Origin: a virus
Reading direction: 5' to 3' (one strand)
Virus record (IMG/VR): IMGVR_UViG_3300037137_001341
Location: 52,238 to 116,237 of that record
Length of the DNA stretch: 64,000 nt
Under the pieces are notes generated by a model. The model searched no databases. It was not told where the DNA came from and saw only the letters and a list, made by a program, of their open reading frames with translations. The position numbers and the translations under genes are program-made. Shown here piece by piece: positions 27,800 to 36,133 of this stretch (positions are counted from its first letter, which is position 1; every line of letters starts with the position of its first letter).

Positions 27800-29946
27800 C
27801 GCCTCATCATCCTCGCTGCGGCCCATCCCGCAAGGGCGCCGCCGCCGACGGCAAGAAGCCCGTAGTTCAGCGCGTCGCCACGGCGCTGGCCCCGGCGGCG
27901 CGCCTCCTTCACAGCGGTGCGGAACGAGGCTGCGTTCGCGGCCACCTTGCGCACAGCATCCCGCTTGATGGCCGCGCTCGCGACGAGCCACTCGTTGCCG
28001 GTATGTGTCGCCGCCACGTCGGCCGCCTGCGCCATCTGCTGCTGGACCGAGTACTGGCTCGTGGCCATCGAGACCGTTCGCGCCACGTCACGCTGCACAA
28101 GAGCCGACGCCGCGGCGGCCTGCTGGAGCGACCCATGCAGCCACCGACCCCACTCCGGGGTCGAGCAGCCACCAACCTCGGTGCCTCCACTCCACGCGAC
28201 CGTTCCGATCTTCTGAAGCTCCTCCTTGTCGGAGTGCTCGTAGCTGTCCCACTTGGTCACGTTGCGGTCTGCGAACTGCCCCTCGACGCAGTCGTAGTCC
28301 CACTTCCACATGTTCGGCTTGCCGGCGCGACGATGGCAGCGGTTGACCGTGCGGGGATCTTCTGCCGCCGCGTACTCGGAGCCCTTCATCGCCAGGACCA
28401 CCTGGAACGGCGTCACGTACCGGCGGGCTCTCCAGAACGCCAAGGAGGAGAGGGCGTCGCAGCTGGGGCTCTGCTCGGTGATGTTCGGGATGCGAGCCTG
28501 CCCGAGCGCGGCGCGCGAGTAGTCATACGAGTCGCGAACGACGATCGGGTCGGTGAAGAACTGCAGGTACGGACACCCGGCCGGAACGACGCAGGAGCGT
28601 GTGACCGGATACGGGTAGCGCATGTACTGGTGCGCCTTCGCGTCGATCGGGACCGGGTTGCCGTTCTGGTCGTAGACGAAGTCGAGCGTGTTGCCGCCGG
28701 CTTCCATCTCAGGAAACAGGCGGATTCCGTCCCCGCTCGCCGCCGTGCAGCTGATCCCTTGCGAACGACCGTACGGGCGCAGCCATTCATCGTTCACCTG
28801 CATGAGCCCGTCGAGGCTTCCCTGCATCTTCTGCCAGTACAGCTGGTACTGGACCCACAATGTCGCCGCGAGATCCGTGCAGACCGCGGTCCCGGCCGCC
28901 GCCGCCTGACGCGCTGCCTGCTGCGCCAAGCTGAGCTTCTCGCTGTCGGTCGGACCGAATCCGAGCGCGTCTGCCAGAACCGGGACGAGCGCGCCGCCGA
29001 TGATGTTCCCCAGAATGGCTCCGATCGGAGCGGGGAGCCCGAACAGCTGCCCGATGGCAGCGCACATGGTGCCGCACGCGCCGATGATGATGCCCTCAAC
29101 GCCCGCGAGCGAGATTGAGCCAGTGCTGATCGCGTCCACGGTAAGCTCGCACATGGAGAACGCGGTGCCGGGAATGATCTGCAGCATTGCGGCCCGACCG
29201 CAGGAGTGCAGGAACGCGGTCGGATCCGTGTTCGTAATGATCGGGATGCCGAACCGCGACATGTAGGAGGACCCGAGCGCGAGCGCCCACGATTCGGCGC
29301 CGTCCACGGTCGTCGGCAGATTGTGGATCATCTGCCCGGCGGCGATCAGTTCGGGAGGCAGACCGATCTGTCCGCAGTTCGTGAGGACGAACGACTGCAT
29401 CATCGCCACCGCGGCTTCGGGCGTCGGGTTCGTCAGCAGGTTCGGGTGCGAGAAGATGTAGGCCTCGCACCAGTTGACGGTCTCGTCGTCGCTGAGCGGG
29501 TTCCTGATGCTGATGTCGGGCGCGTTCGGCAAGCCGCTACGCGCCTTGGCCAAGGTATCGCGCCCCCGCTGGACATATCCCTGAAAGACCGGTCCGGCCC
29601 AGGCGGCTGCCTGCTCCCCCGCCCACTTCTTGATGGTATCTCTGCCGCTGCTCGACGTCGGGTCCACGATGGGGACCCACGGCACCTGGATGCCGGTGTC
29701 ACTGGCGAAGTCGCTCCTCGCCTTGTCCGCCGCCGCCTGCGTCACATACCCCTGCGCGCCGGGGCTGATGGTGTTCACGTACGCGGGCGCCCCGGCGGGG
29801 CCTCCGGCGACCACGGCCTTGTAGAGCCCCACTTGCGTGCCGGTGTCGGCTGGGATGGCGATGCCGCCGTTCACGGAAATCTGCCCCAGCCCACTCCGGC
29901 GCGGGACCCAGATGTGCGGGCCACGGCCGCCGCCGGAGAAGGTCAT
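27796..29946 (-). CDS. Large membrane-associated putative virion protein (possible entry/ejection role)
   Basis: RSGLGQ leader, internal Gly-rich hydrophobic hairpin, Cys-containing domain, C-terminal TM + RR. Confidence 0.7.
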   Translation of the reverse strand: MTFSGGGRGPHIWVPRRSGLGQISVNGGIAIPADTGTQVGLYKAVVAGGPAGAPAYVNTISPGAQGYVTQAAADKARSDFASDTGIQVPWVPIVDPTSSSGRDTIKKWAGEQAAAWAGPVFQGYVQRGRDTLAKARSGLPNAPDISIRNPLSDDETVNWCEAYIFSHPNLLTNPTPEAAVAMMQSFVLTNCGQIGLPPELIAAGQMIHNLPTTVDGAESWALALGSSYMSRFGIPIITNTDPTAFLHSCGRAAMLQIIPGTAFSMCELTVDAISTGSISLAGVEGIIIGACGTMCAAIGQLFGLPAPIGAILGNIIGGALVPVLADALGFGPTDSEKLSLAQQAARQAAAAGTAVCTDLAATLWVQYQLYWQKMQGSLDGLMQVNDEWLRPYGRSQGISCTAASGDGIRLFPEMEAGGNTLDFVYDQNGNPVPIDAKAHQYMRYPYPVTRSCVVPAGCPYLQFFTDPIVVRDSYDYSRAALGQARIPNITEQSPSCDALSSLAFWRARRYVTPFQVVLAMKGSEYAAAEDPRTVNRCHRRAGKPNMWKWDYDCVEGQFADRNVTKWDSYEHSDKEELQKIGTVAWSGGTEVGGCSTPEWGRWLHGSLQQAAAASALVQRDVARTVSMATSQYSVQQQMAQAADVAATHTGNEWLVASAAIKRDAVRKVAANAASFRTAVKEARRRGQRRGDALNYGLLAVGGGALAGWAAARMMRR

Positions 29947-30506
29947 CCCGCGATGCCGTCCTTCCCAATCGTGAGCGAGCCGCCGGTCAGGAGCATGTGC
30001 ACCCCCTCGGGGGTGTACACGAACAGAAACGTCTCCCCTGTCTCTGGGTGCTTCGCCGAAGCGAGCATCGCCCGTGAGATTCGGACCTCGTAGAAACCGA
30101 CGTTCTTCGGGAGCACAAGCTCCCCGCCATCGTCCTCTTCGTAGAGGTGCACCTGGACGCCGAGTAGCGGTCCGAGCCGCGTGAAGTGCTTCGGCATGGG
30201 CTCGTCGAACTGCACGACGGGGCCCACGACCTCGATGCGGCTCGACGGGGAGCCCCACTCGCGAAGAAAGCCTGGCGCCGCGTACACGGTGCGTGAACCC
30301 TCTGCCACGTGCTTGTAGTCCTCGTGCTCCGCGAGGTTCTTCTGCCACTTGTTCGAGCGGTACATCTCGGCGCCGCCGACACCGATCTCCTGCATCCGAG
30401 ATGGCCAGGTGAACGGCATCTCGATCTCGCGCTCAGACTCCCGCGCGTAGAACGTCTTGAACGTCTTCAGCGCCTGCGGCTTAGTATCGACGACGCGGAG
30501 GGCCAT
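29943..30506 (-). CDS. Soluble hypothetical protein in the structural module
   Basis: MALRVVDTKP...MYRSNKW...DYKH...LTIGKDGIAG; no TM. Confidence 0.7.
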   Translation of the reverse strand: MALRVVDTKPQALKTFKTFYARESEREIEMPFTWPSRMQEIGVGGAEMYRSNKWQKNLAEHEDYKHVAEGSRTVYAAPGFLREWGSPSSRIEVVGPVVQFDEPMPKHFTRLGPLLGVQVHLYEEDDGGELVLPKNVGFYEVRISRAMLASAKHPETGETFLFVYTPEGVHMLLTGGSLTIGKDGIAG

Positions 30507-30517
30507 GACGGAGGATT

Positions 30518-30868
30518 CTACCTCTTCTTCGCGACGTACCAGAGAAGCACTGCACCGGCGACTCCAGCGACCACCCAGAGTACTGTTGACGGCGGCGCTC
30601 CGTCGAGCCCGGCGAGCGAGCGCGTGCGGCGCACGAGGCGCGCCTCGTCCACCGGAGCGATGAGGCCGACAGCTACGTCGCCCTCGCCGACGATCTTGGA
30701 GCCCGGCGGGACCGGGCGGCCCGCCTCGATCGAGGGGACGCCGATCTTCGTGGCGGCCTGAAGGACAGGGGACGGGAGATCGTCGTTGATGTTGAAGCTC
30801 CCCGGTGCCTGCAGGTACTCGTACCCGCCGGTGTCCGGCTTCCATCGCGAGTAGATCGTGGTGCTCAC
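30518..30868 (-). CDS. C-terminally anchored membrane protein
   Basis: GTG start; LAGLD; TM + KKR. Confidence 0.7.
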   Translation of the reverse strand: MSTTIYSRWKPDTGGYEYLQAPGSFNINDDLPSPVLQAATKIGVPSIEAGRPVPPGSKIVGEGDVAVGLIAPVDEARLVRRTRSLAGLDGAPPSTVLWVVAGVAGAVLLWYVAKKR

Positions 30869-31770
30869 GCCGCCGCTCCTCGCCGCCGAGACGCGAGCAT
30901 CATGGGGACGACGATGCTCGCCACGTAGAGCCCGAGCCCGATCGCGGCGACCCAAGCGAGCGGCTGCAGCAGGGTCCCCATGAAGCCAAGGAGATCCGGG
31001 TTCCCATTCTTCTGGATGCTCTGCATCGCGGCGACGCAGTTGCGCATGTCATCCGCGGTGCCGGTCTTGCTGAGCTTGTCGCAGTACGCGATGACCTTGT
31101 CGGTGATCGGGGAGCCGATCTGCCAGACGTACACGAGGTAGCAGACCCCGAGGACAAGTACGATGCCGAGCGCCGCGAGCGCCCAACCGCCGAGCACCAG
31201 CTGGATTGCCCCGACACCAGCTGCCGGCGCCTCCGGCGTCGTCTTGAACTGATCAAGGTGCCCGTTCTTTTCCAGGTCCACGAACGTCTGCCACGTCTGC
31301 ACAAGCGAGTTCGCGTGCGCCATGACGTCGCCCGGCGTGACCTTGCCGGCCCGCATCGCGTTCTCCATGACGCCGTCGTAGTGGAGGTACGCGCCGTTCA
31401 TGGACGAGGCCGCGAGCGTCGCGAGCGCGTCCACCGCGAGGGAGCGAGGGAAGTGCACCGACGCCTCCCAGTCGCCAGCCTTCGTCGCCTGCCACACGTC
31501 GGCGCCCGTCTGGTTGATGAGCGCCATCAGCTGCGTCATCGCATGCCGAGCATCGCCCGCCTGGATGGTCCGGTACTTGTCCCGGAACTCCTGGCTGAGC
31601 TTGCCGAGCACGCCGAGGAACTTGGCGCCCTCCTGGAGCATGAGATCCTGGTACGCGCTGTCGAAGCCGTTCTCGTCGATGCCATGACCCTTCGCGATCA
31701 GGCCGTCCCATGGGATCCCGGGCGGCCCCACGAGGTCGTCGTACATCCCGGCGAGCTTCTCGATGAACAT
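30865..31770 (-). CDS. Membrane protein with two TM segments
   Basis: AGVGA then TM, Cys-pair loop, TM + RRR. Confidence 0.75.
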   Translation of the reverse strand: MFIEKLAGMYDDLVGPPGIPWDGLIAKGHGIDENGFDSAYQDLMLQEGAKFLGVLGKLSQEFRDKYRTIQAGDARHAMTQLMALINQTGADVWQATKAGDWEASVHFPRSLAVDALATLAASSMNGAYLHYDGVMENAMRAGKVTPGDVMAHANSLVQTWQTFVDLEKNGHLDQFKTTPEAPAAGVGAIQLVLGGWALAALGIVLVLGVCYLVYVWQIGSPITDKVIAYCDKLSKTGTADDMRNCVAAMQSIQKNGNPDLLGFMGTLLQPLAWVAAIGLGLYVASIVVPMMLASRRRGAAA

Positions 31771-31776
31771 GTGCGT

Positions 31777-32148
31777 TCAGACCTTTGCTGCGCGTTTTCT
31801 GTCCGTCCGCCAGGCCATGTACGCGAAGATGCTGAAGCCGGCAGCAACCGTGGCCCAGGCCCACTGAGGCACCTGATCGATTGCTGTTCGGAGGTCGCGC
31901 CCGAAGTTGCTCGGCTTCGGACCGCCAGTGAGGTAGGCCGCCCAGCCCTGCGTGAAGAGATCGGGCGGCGAGTAGTACCCGAGGTTCACCAGCGTCGCCG
32001 GGTCCGGGTGCCCGTTCGGATCCATCCCGTACGTCGCGTTCCGCGCCGTCTGCTGGTACGCGAGGATCGCGCCATCCGTTGCGCTATCCCAGTGCCCCGT
32101 TTGAGGGACGCCGAGATTCTGCTGAACCTTCTGGATCGCCGTGGGCAT
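31777..32148 (-). CDS. Peptidoglycan-binding (PG_binding_1-like) membrane protein
   Basis: IQKVQQNLGVPQTGHWDSATDGAILAYQQ...NGHPDPATLVNLG; TM + basic tail. Confidence 0.75.
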   Translation of the reverse strand: MPTAIQKVQQNLGVPQTGHWDSATDGAILAYQQTARNATYGMDPNGHPDPATLVNLGYYSPPDLFTQGWAAYLTGGPKPSNFGRDLRTAIDQVPQWAWATVAAGFSIFAYMAWRTDRKRAAKV

Positions 32149-32154
32149 GGACGC

Positions 32155-32553
32155 TCACCTCTTCTTGGAAGCGCGGTAGATGAGGGCTCCACCGACAGCG
32201 ACGGCCGCGATGGCCCCGCCGTAGAGCATCCAGTTCGTGCCGCCGGTGCCGCCGAACATGCCTGCGCTGGTGCCAGGTTTCTTCGTCCCCGTGTCGCCGT
32301 ACACGACCACCTCGGGAAGCGTGATCACGCCGATGCTGTTGCCCGAGAGGCTCCCGTTGCCGACCCCGTTCATGCCGTCCGGGCTGAGCCCCACCTGCTT
32401 CGGCAGAATGGCGCGGAGCCTCGCGTTCAGGAACGAGATGTCCCTGTACTGGTGCTGCCCAGCGTACCCGAGCCCTGCCATCGGAGGACGAGCCTGCTGC
32501 CACTCCGCGTTCAGCAGAGCGTAATCCTCGTAGGCGATTGTTCCGTAGGCCAT
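32155..32553 (-). CDS. C-terminally anchored membrane protein
   Basis: MAGLG, MNGVG; TM + KKR. Confidence 0.75.
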   Translation of the reverse strand: MAYGTIAYEDYALLNAEWQQARPPMAGLGYAGQHQYRDISFLNARLRAILPKQVGLSPDGMNGVGNGSLSGNSIGVITLPEVVVYGDTGTKKPGTSAGMFGGTGGTNWMLYGGAIAAVAVGGALIYRASKKR

Positions 32554-32557
32554 CGGC

Positions 32558-33316
32558 TCACTTCCTCTTCTTCGACATGTACAGGCCGGCACCGACCGCG
32601 GCGACGACGAAACCACCGAGCATCCAGGCCGTGGCGCTGGAGGACTTGCCCGTCGTCGGCCCGACGTGCGGAGCATCGGCGATCTTCGCCGGGAGCACCA
32701 TGTTCGGGCAATCCAGATCGAAGCGGATGCTTGTACATCCAGCCGGCAGCGAGGGGAGCACCGGATGGAAGCTGATGCCAAGCTCATGGAGCTTGAACAT
32801 CGCTCCGCAGGTCGCGCTGTCGTACACACCGGTCTGCGGGATCGCGTTGTAGCCGGCGGCGGTCAGCGCAGTGCTCAGCGCATCCTGCAGATCATCCGCG
32901 ATATTGCTCTTCTGGTTCAACGCGAGGAAGCACGGATCGGCCGCCGGCCCGGCTGGGGGCGAGGTCCCACCACTAGAGGGCGCGACCGGCGCGGCGGTCG
33001 AGTCCGACGGGGCCTGAGAAGGAGCAGGCGCAGCCGCGACCCACGACGCCGGCAACTTCACGACGTCCCCGACCTTCGCGCAGAACCCGTACTGCGTGCA
33101 CTTGTGCGCCGGGTTCGCCGTGGCAAGTTCGGTCCACCGGTTGCCGTTGCCCGTGATCGCCTTCGCGACGGACGTGCCGGTGTCCCCGCTCCTCCAGGTG
33201 TACGTCGGCGCCGATGACAGACCGAGCCCCCCGAAGCCCATGTTCGAGCCGTCGAACAGGCCGCCGCCGTAGCCGCCGCCACCGAAGATGCCTTCTCGCG
33301 TGTGAACCTGGATCAT
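32558..33316 (-). CDS. LysM-like + PG-binding-like membrane-anchored protein
   Basis: YTWRSGDT..SVA...WTELATAN...VGDVVKLP; LQDAL..AGY..IPQTGVYDSATC; TM + KKRK. Confidence 0.8.
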   Translation of the reverse strand: MIQVHTREGIFGGGGYGGGLFDGSNMGFGGLGLSSAPTYTWRSGDTGTSVAKAITGNGNRWTELATANPAHKCTQYGFCAKVGDVVKLPASWVAAAPAPSQAPSDSTAAPVAPSSGGTSPPAGPAADPCFLALNQKSNIADDLQDALSTALTAAGYNAIPQTGVYDSATCGAMFKLHELGISFHPVLPSLPAGCTSIRFDLDCPNMVLPAKIADAPHVGPTTGKSSSATAWMLGGFVVAAVGAGLYMSKKRK

Positions 33317-33318
33317 TG

Positions 33319-33594
33319 CTATCTCCTGACGAGACAAAAACCGCCGATGACGCCGATTGCACCGAGGAGCCATGGCGTCCACGGCGCGTAGGTCTCCGCA
33401 GTCGCCGCCGCCTGACCGAGTCCGTTGGCAGGGACGAAGCCGCGCCTGAGCATCCCCGGCTGGAGCCCCATCGTGCGCGGCGGGATCATGCCCAGGCCCT
33501 GCGTCGACCAGTTCGACGGAACGTGGATGACGTCACGGAAGATGGCCGCGCCCTCTTCGCGCTCCTGCAGACCCTTTCCATCTCGACGGTACAT
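33319..33594 (-). CDS. Small membrane protein
   Basis: QGLG, NGLGQ; TM + RR. Confidence 0.7.
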   Translation of the reverse strand: MYRRDGKGLQEREEGAAIFRDVIHVPSNWSTQGLGMIPPRTMGLQPGMLRRGFVPANGLGQAAATAETYAPWTPWLLGAIGVIGGFCLVRR

Positions 33595-33597
33595 GAC

Positions 33598-33918
33598 CTA
33601 GTAGCTGCCTTTGTAGCCGGAGAAGTGGAGGTACGCATACGTCGCAAGCCCCAGGGCCGCGATGAACAGCACCGTCTTCCCGACGGACGGGCCAGCCGTG
33701 TCGTCCCCAAGCCCTTGCATCCCCGCTTCGAGCCCGAAGTCGTTCGGTCGCTCCGCCCACGGGAGCCCGAACTGCGGGCGCGTGTAGATCGGCCCGTGGA
33801 ACCGCGTCGGGTACGAGTGCAGCATCACGGTGTACGGGTTCGGCACGCCAGGGGGCACCGGACCGTCGTACGTGTTCAGCGACTGGCCTAAACCAGCCAT
33901 GCAGGGAACGCACGCCAT
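33598..33918 (-). CDS. Small membrane protein
   Basis: MAGLGQ, MQGLGDD; C-terminal TM. Confidence 0.75.
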   Translation of the reverse strand: MACVPCMAGLGQSLNTYDGPVPPGVPNPYTVMLHSYPTRFHGPIYTRPQFGLPWAERPNDFGLEAGMQGLGDDTAGPSVGKTVLFIAALGLATYAYLHFSGYKGSY

Positions 33919-33921
33919 CGT

Positions 33922-34317
33922 TCAGCCCTTCCTCTTGTTCGCGACGATGCCCATGACGCCGAGACCGAGCACCCCGGTGAAGAGCCCGACCGGCACACCG
34001 ATCCAGCCCCACGTGGTCGCATCCTGCCGAGACGGCGCAATCGCCTTGCCCGCCTGGTAGCTCAGCGCGCCTGCGACGCCGAGGATCGCCAGCATCCAGG
34101 CCATGTCCGCGCTCGTCATCTTCGTGTCCACCGGGACGCCAGTCCCTGTGTCAGCCGGGGCATCCCCGAGCCCACGTATCGCAGCCACCACGGGGCTCAG
34201 CGCGAAGAACCGTGACTTGCCGACCGCGCCGGTGCCGGCGGCTGCCTGCGTCATGGCGCCGGCAGGGACGTCCTGCGAGAAGACGTCGAACGTGGGCAAA
34301 ATGCTTTGGCTGTCCAT
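33922..34317 (-). CDS. Small membrane protein (2 TM)
   Basis: IRGLGDA; two TM; KRKG tail. Confidence 0.75.
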   Translation of the reverse strand: MDSQSILPTFDVFSQDVPAGAMTQAAAGTGAVGKSRFFALSPVVAAIRGLGDAPADTGTGVPVDTKMTSADMAWMLAILGVAGALSYQAGKAIAPSRQDATTWGWIGVPVGLFTGVLGLGVMGIVANKRKG

Positions 34318-34324
34318 GTGCTCC

Positions 34325-35020
34325 TCACTTCTTCATCAGGGTCGCGGCCACGATGCCGACCGCGACGCCGACGATGGCGAATCCCGCGAAGATGCCGAAC
34401 TTGGAGCCGGAATCCGTCGCCGGAGCATCGGCACCGAGCCCGTTCACTGGCCACGCCTCCTCGTTCGGGATCCAGGTCCCGCCGGGATCGGGATGCGTGA
34501 CGTTCTGCGGACTCACGCCGGGAGGAAGCTCCCAGAGCAGCTGCCTCTCGCGCACGGTGTCCAGCTGGCTCTGATCGATCGCGACCGCGCCGCCGGGCAC
34601 GTACATGACGGGCTGGCCAGTGGTCGCGTCGATCACCTCCGACGGCTGGTAGTCGATCGAGTTCACCAAGTAACCCGGCATCGAAGCGTGGTCCGCGAAC
34701 ACGCCGTAATCCGGGTGGATGTTCCCCTGCGTGCCGTGCGGATCGAACACGCCATTGCCTTGTACATCGTCCGCTGCTGCGAGCGTGTTTAGCTCGTTCG
34801 CGTAATCCTTGATTCCGATGTCTGCGGTCATGCCGTTGTCTCCCAGGCCCGCGATGTTGCGCCCACGCGCGCCGCGGTACATGTCGTACGAAGGGTTCAT
34901 GCCGCTCGGACGCATGTCCGGCGGCCCGATCTCGTCGATGCTCGGAAGGTCGCCGCCGAACATCGGCTGGCTCGCGTACACCGGGTACGGGGGACGCAGG
35001 GCTCGAAGGACGTTGCTCAT
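34325..35020 (-). CDS. C-terminally anchored membrane protein
   Basis: IAGLGDN, VNGLGAD; TM + KK; AAGGAG RBS. Confidence 0.8.
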   Translation of the reverse strand: MSNVLRALRPPYPVYASQPMFGGDLPSIDEIGPPDMRPSGMNPSYDMYRGARGRNIAGLGDNGMTADIGIKDYANELNTLAAADDVQGNGVFDPHGTQGNIHPDYGVFADHASMPGYLVNSIDYQPSEVIDATTGQPVMYVPGGAVAIDQSQLDTVRERQLLWELPPGVSPQNVTHPDPGGTWIPNEEAWPVNGLGADAPATDSGSKFGIFAGFAIVGVAVGIVAATLMKK

Positions 35021-35607
35021 GTGATGCTCCTTGGCGCTCCCGGATCTTCATCGAGGCTCACCGTGTAAAAAGTCGTCACACGATCGAGCATGCCGCGCTC
35101 GTCCGTGCCCCCGACGGGGTCACAAACTACCCATTCCCCGCTTCGCGGTTCCTTCACGCGCGTGAACACGTGGCTGTACTGGCCGGCCTCACCGAAGCCG
35201 ACGACCACGAACTCGGCGACGCGGCCAAGCTGCAACGCCATCGTCGCGATGATCGTCGCCATGTCATCGCAATCACCGATCGCACTTCCGTGCGCGGCTA
35301 CTTCCTCGACGAGCCTCTGTGCGTCCTTCACGAGTTCGGTGTGCAGGGGGTCGTTGACGTAATGAACGCGCTCCGTCACCCAGTACCGCACCGCCAGGAT
35401 CTCGCCGAGGTAGTCCTTCGGCTGCACCTGTCGAACGATCTGCTCGACCATGCTCCGCACGAGCATGCTCTTCTCGCCCCGTTCGCCATGCGTCGCGCTC
35501 ACCATGGCCCGGAGTGTGTCCGGGTGACCATGAAAAGCGCTCAATGAGTGTGGCGGGTTAGCGGAGAGCAAGGGTATCCCGAGCCGGGGGTCGGGAGCGC
35601 CCTGCAC
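35017..35607 (-). CDS. Transglutaminase-like (papain-fold) Cys-His-Asp enzyme, putative maturation protease
   Basis: YVNDP, GDCDD, YSHVF, WVVCDP: catalytic triad in transglutaminase order. Confidence 0.85.
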   Translation of the reverse strand: MQGAPDPRLGIPLLSANPPHSLSAFHGHPDTLRAMVSATHGERGEKSMLVRSMVEQIVRQVQPKDYLGEILAVRYWVTERVHYVNDPLHTELVKDAQRLVEEVAAHGSAIGDCDDMATIIATMALQLGRVAEFVVVGFGEAGQYSHVFTRVKEPRSGEWVVCDPVGGTDERGMLDRVTTFYTVSLDEDPGAPRSIT

Positions 35608-35612
35608 TCGGA

Positions 35613-35641
35613 AGCCTACCGGCGCCAGGCTCGTAACTCAA
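35613..35641 (-). promoter_or_regulatory. Sigma70-type leaderless promoter
   Basis: TTGAGT-17nt-TAGGCT, 5 nt before GTG at 35607. Confidence 0.55.
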
Positions 35642-35679
35642 GCGCGGGATATGTCCTGGGGTTTTCCGGCTACTTCGTC

Positions 35680-35886
35680 TCAGCCCCGCGGCTCCGACAG
35701 CATCCATGCGCGCCCCTCGGCGCGCCGCATCGCGACCACGCGGGCCGTGCCCTTATCGAGCAGCACGCTCGCGATGGCGAGCGCGGCGAAGATGCTGGTC
35801 CCGAGCCACCAAACCTTTCTGTCCTCCTCGCTCGTGTCAGCGCCGATGCCGATGGAGGAGCAGCAGGTTCCGATTTGGCGGTACAT
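35680..35886 (-). CDS. Small membrane protein
   Basis: MYRQIG..SIGIGAD; TM. Confidence 0.7.
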   Translation of the reverse strand: MYRQIGTCCSSIGIGADTSEEDRKVWWLGTSIFAALAIASVLLDKGTARVVAMRRAEGRAWMLSEPRG

Positions 35887-35889
35887 GAT

Positions 35890-36093
35890 CTACCGGCTCC
35901 CCCGAAGCCCGAGCGGGTCCTTCGCGTCAATGGCGAAGAACGCGACCGCGAGGCCCACGAGGAGGCCGCCTGCGACCCAGCTGGTGCCCGAACCCATCTG
36001 CGCCGTGTCGGCGCCGATCCCAGACATGTGTCTGCGCCCGTGCGGCCTGACCAGTGGCGCGCCGCCGTAGCCACCTGCGACGCTGTGGTACAT
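35890..36093 (-). CDS. Small membrane protein
   Basis: MSGIGAD; TM. Confidence 0.7.
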   Translation of the reverse strand: MYHSVAGGYGGAPLVRPHGRRHMSGIGADTAQMGSGTSWVAGGLLVGLAVAFFAIDAKDPLGLRGSR

Positions 36094-36100
36094 GTCCCAG

Positions 36101-36129
36101 AGGCTACCAGGAGGTCAGGGGCCGGGCAA
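36101..36129 (-). promoter_or_regulatory. Sigma70-type leaderless promoter
   Basis: TTGCCC-17nt-TAGCCT, 7 nt before ATG at 36093. Confidence 0.55.
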
Positions 36130-36133
36130 CCTC

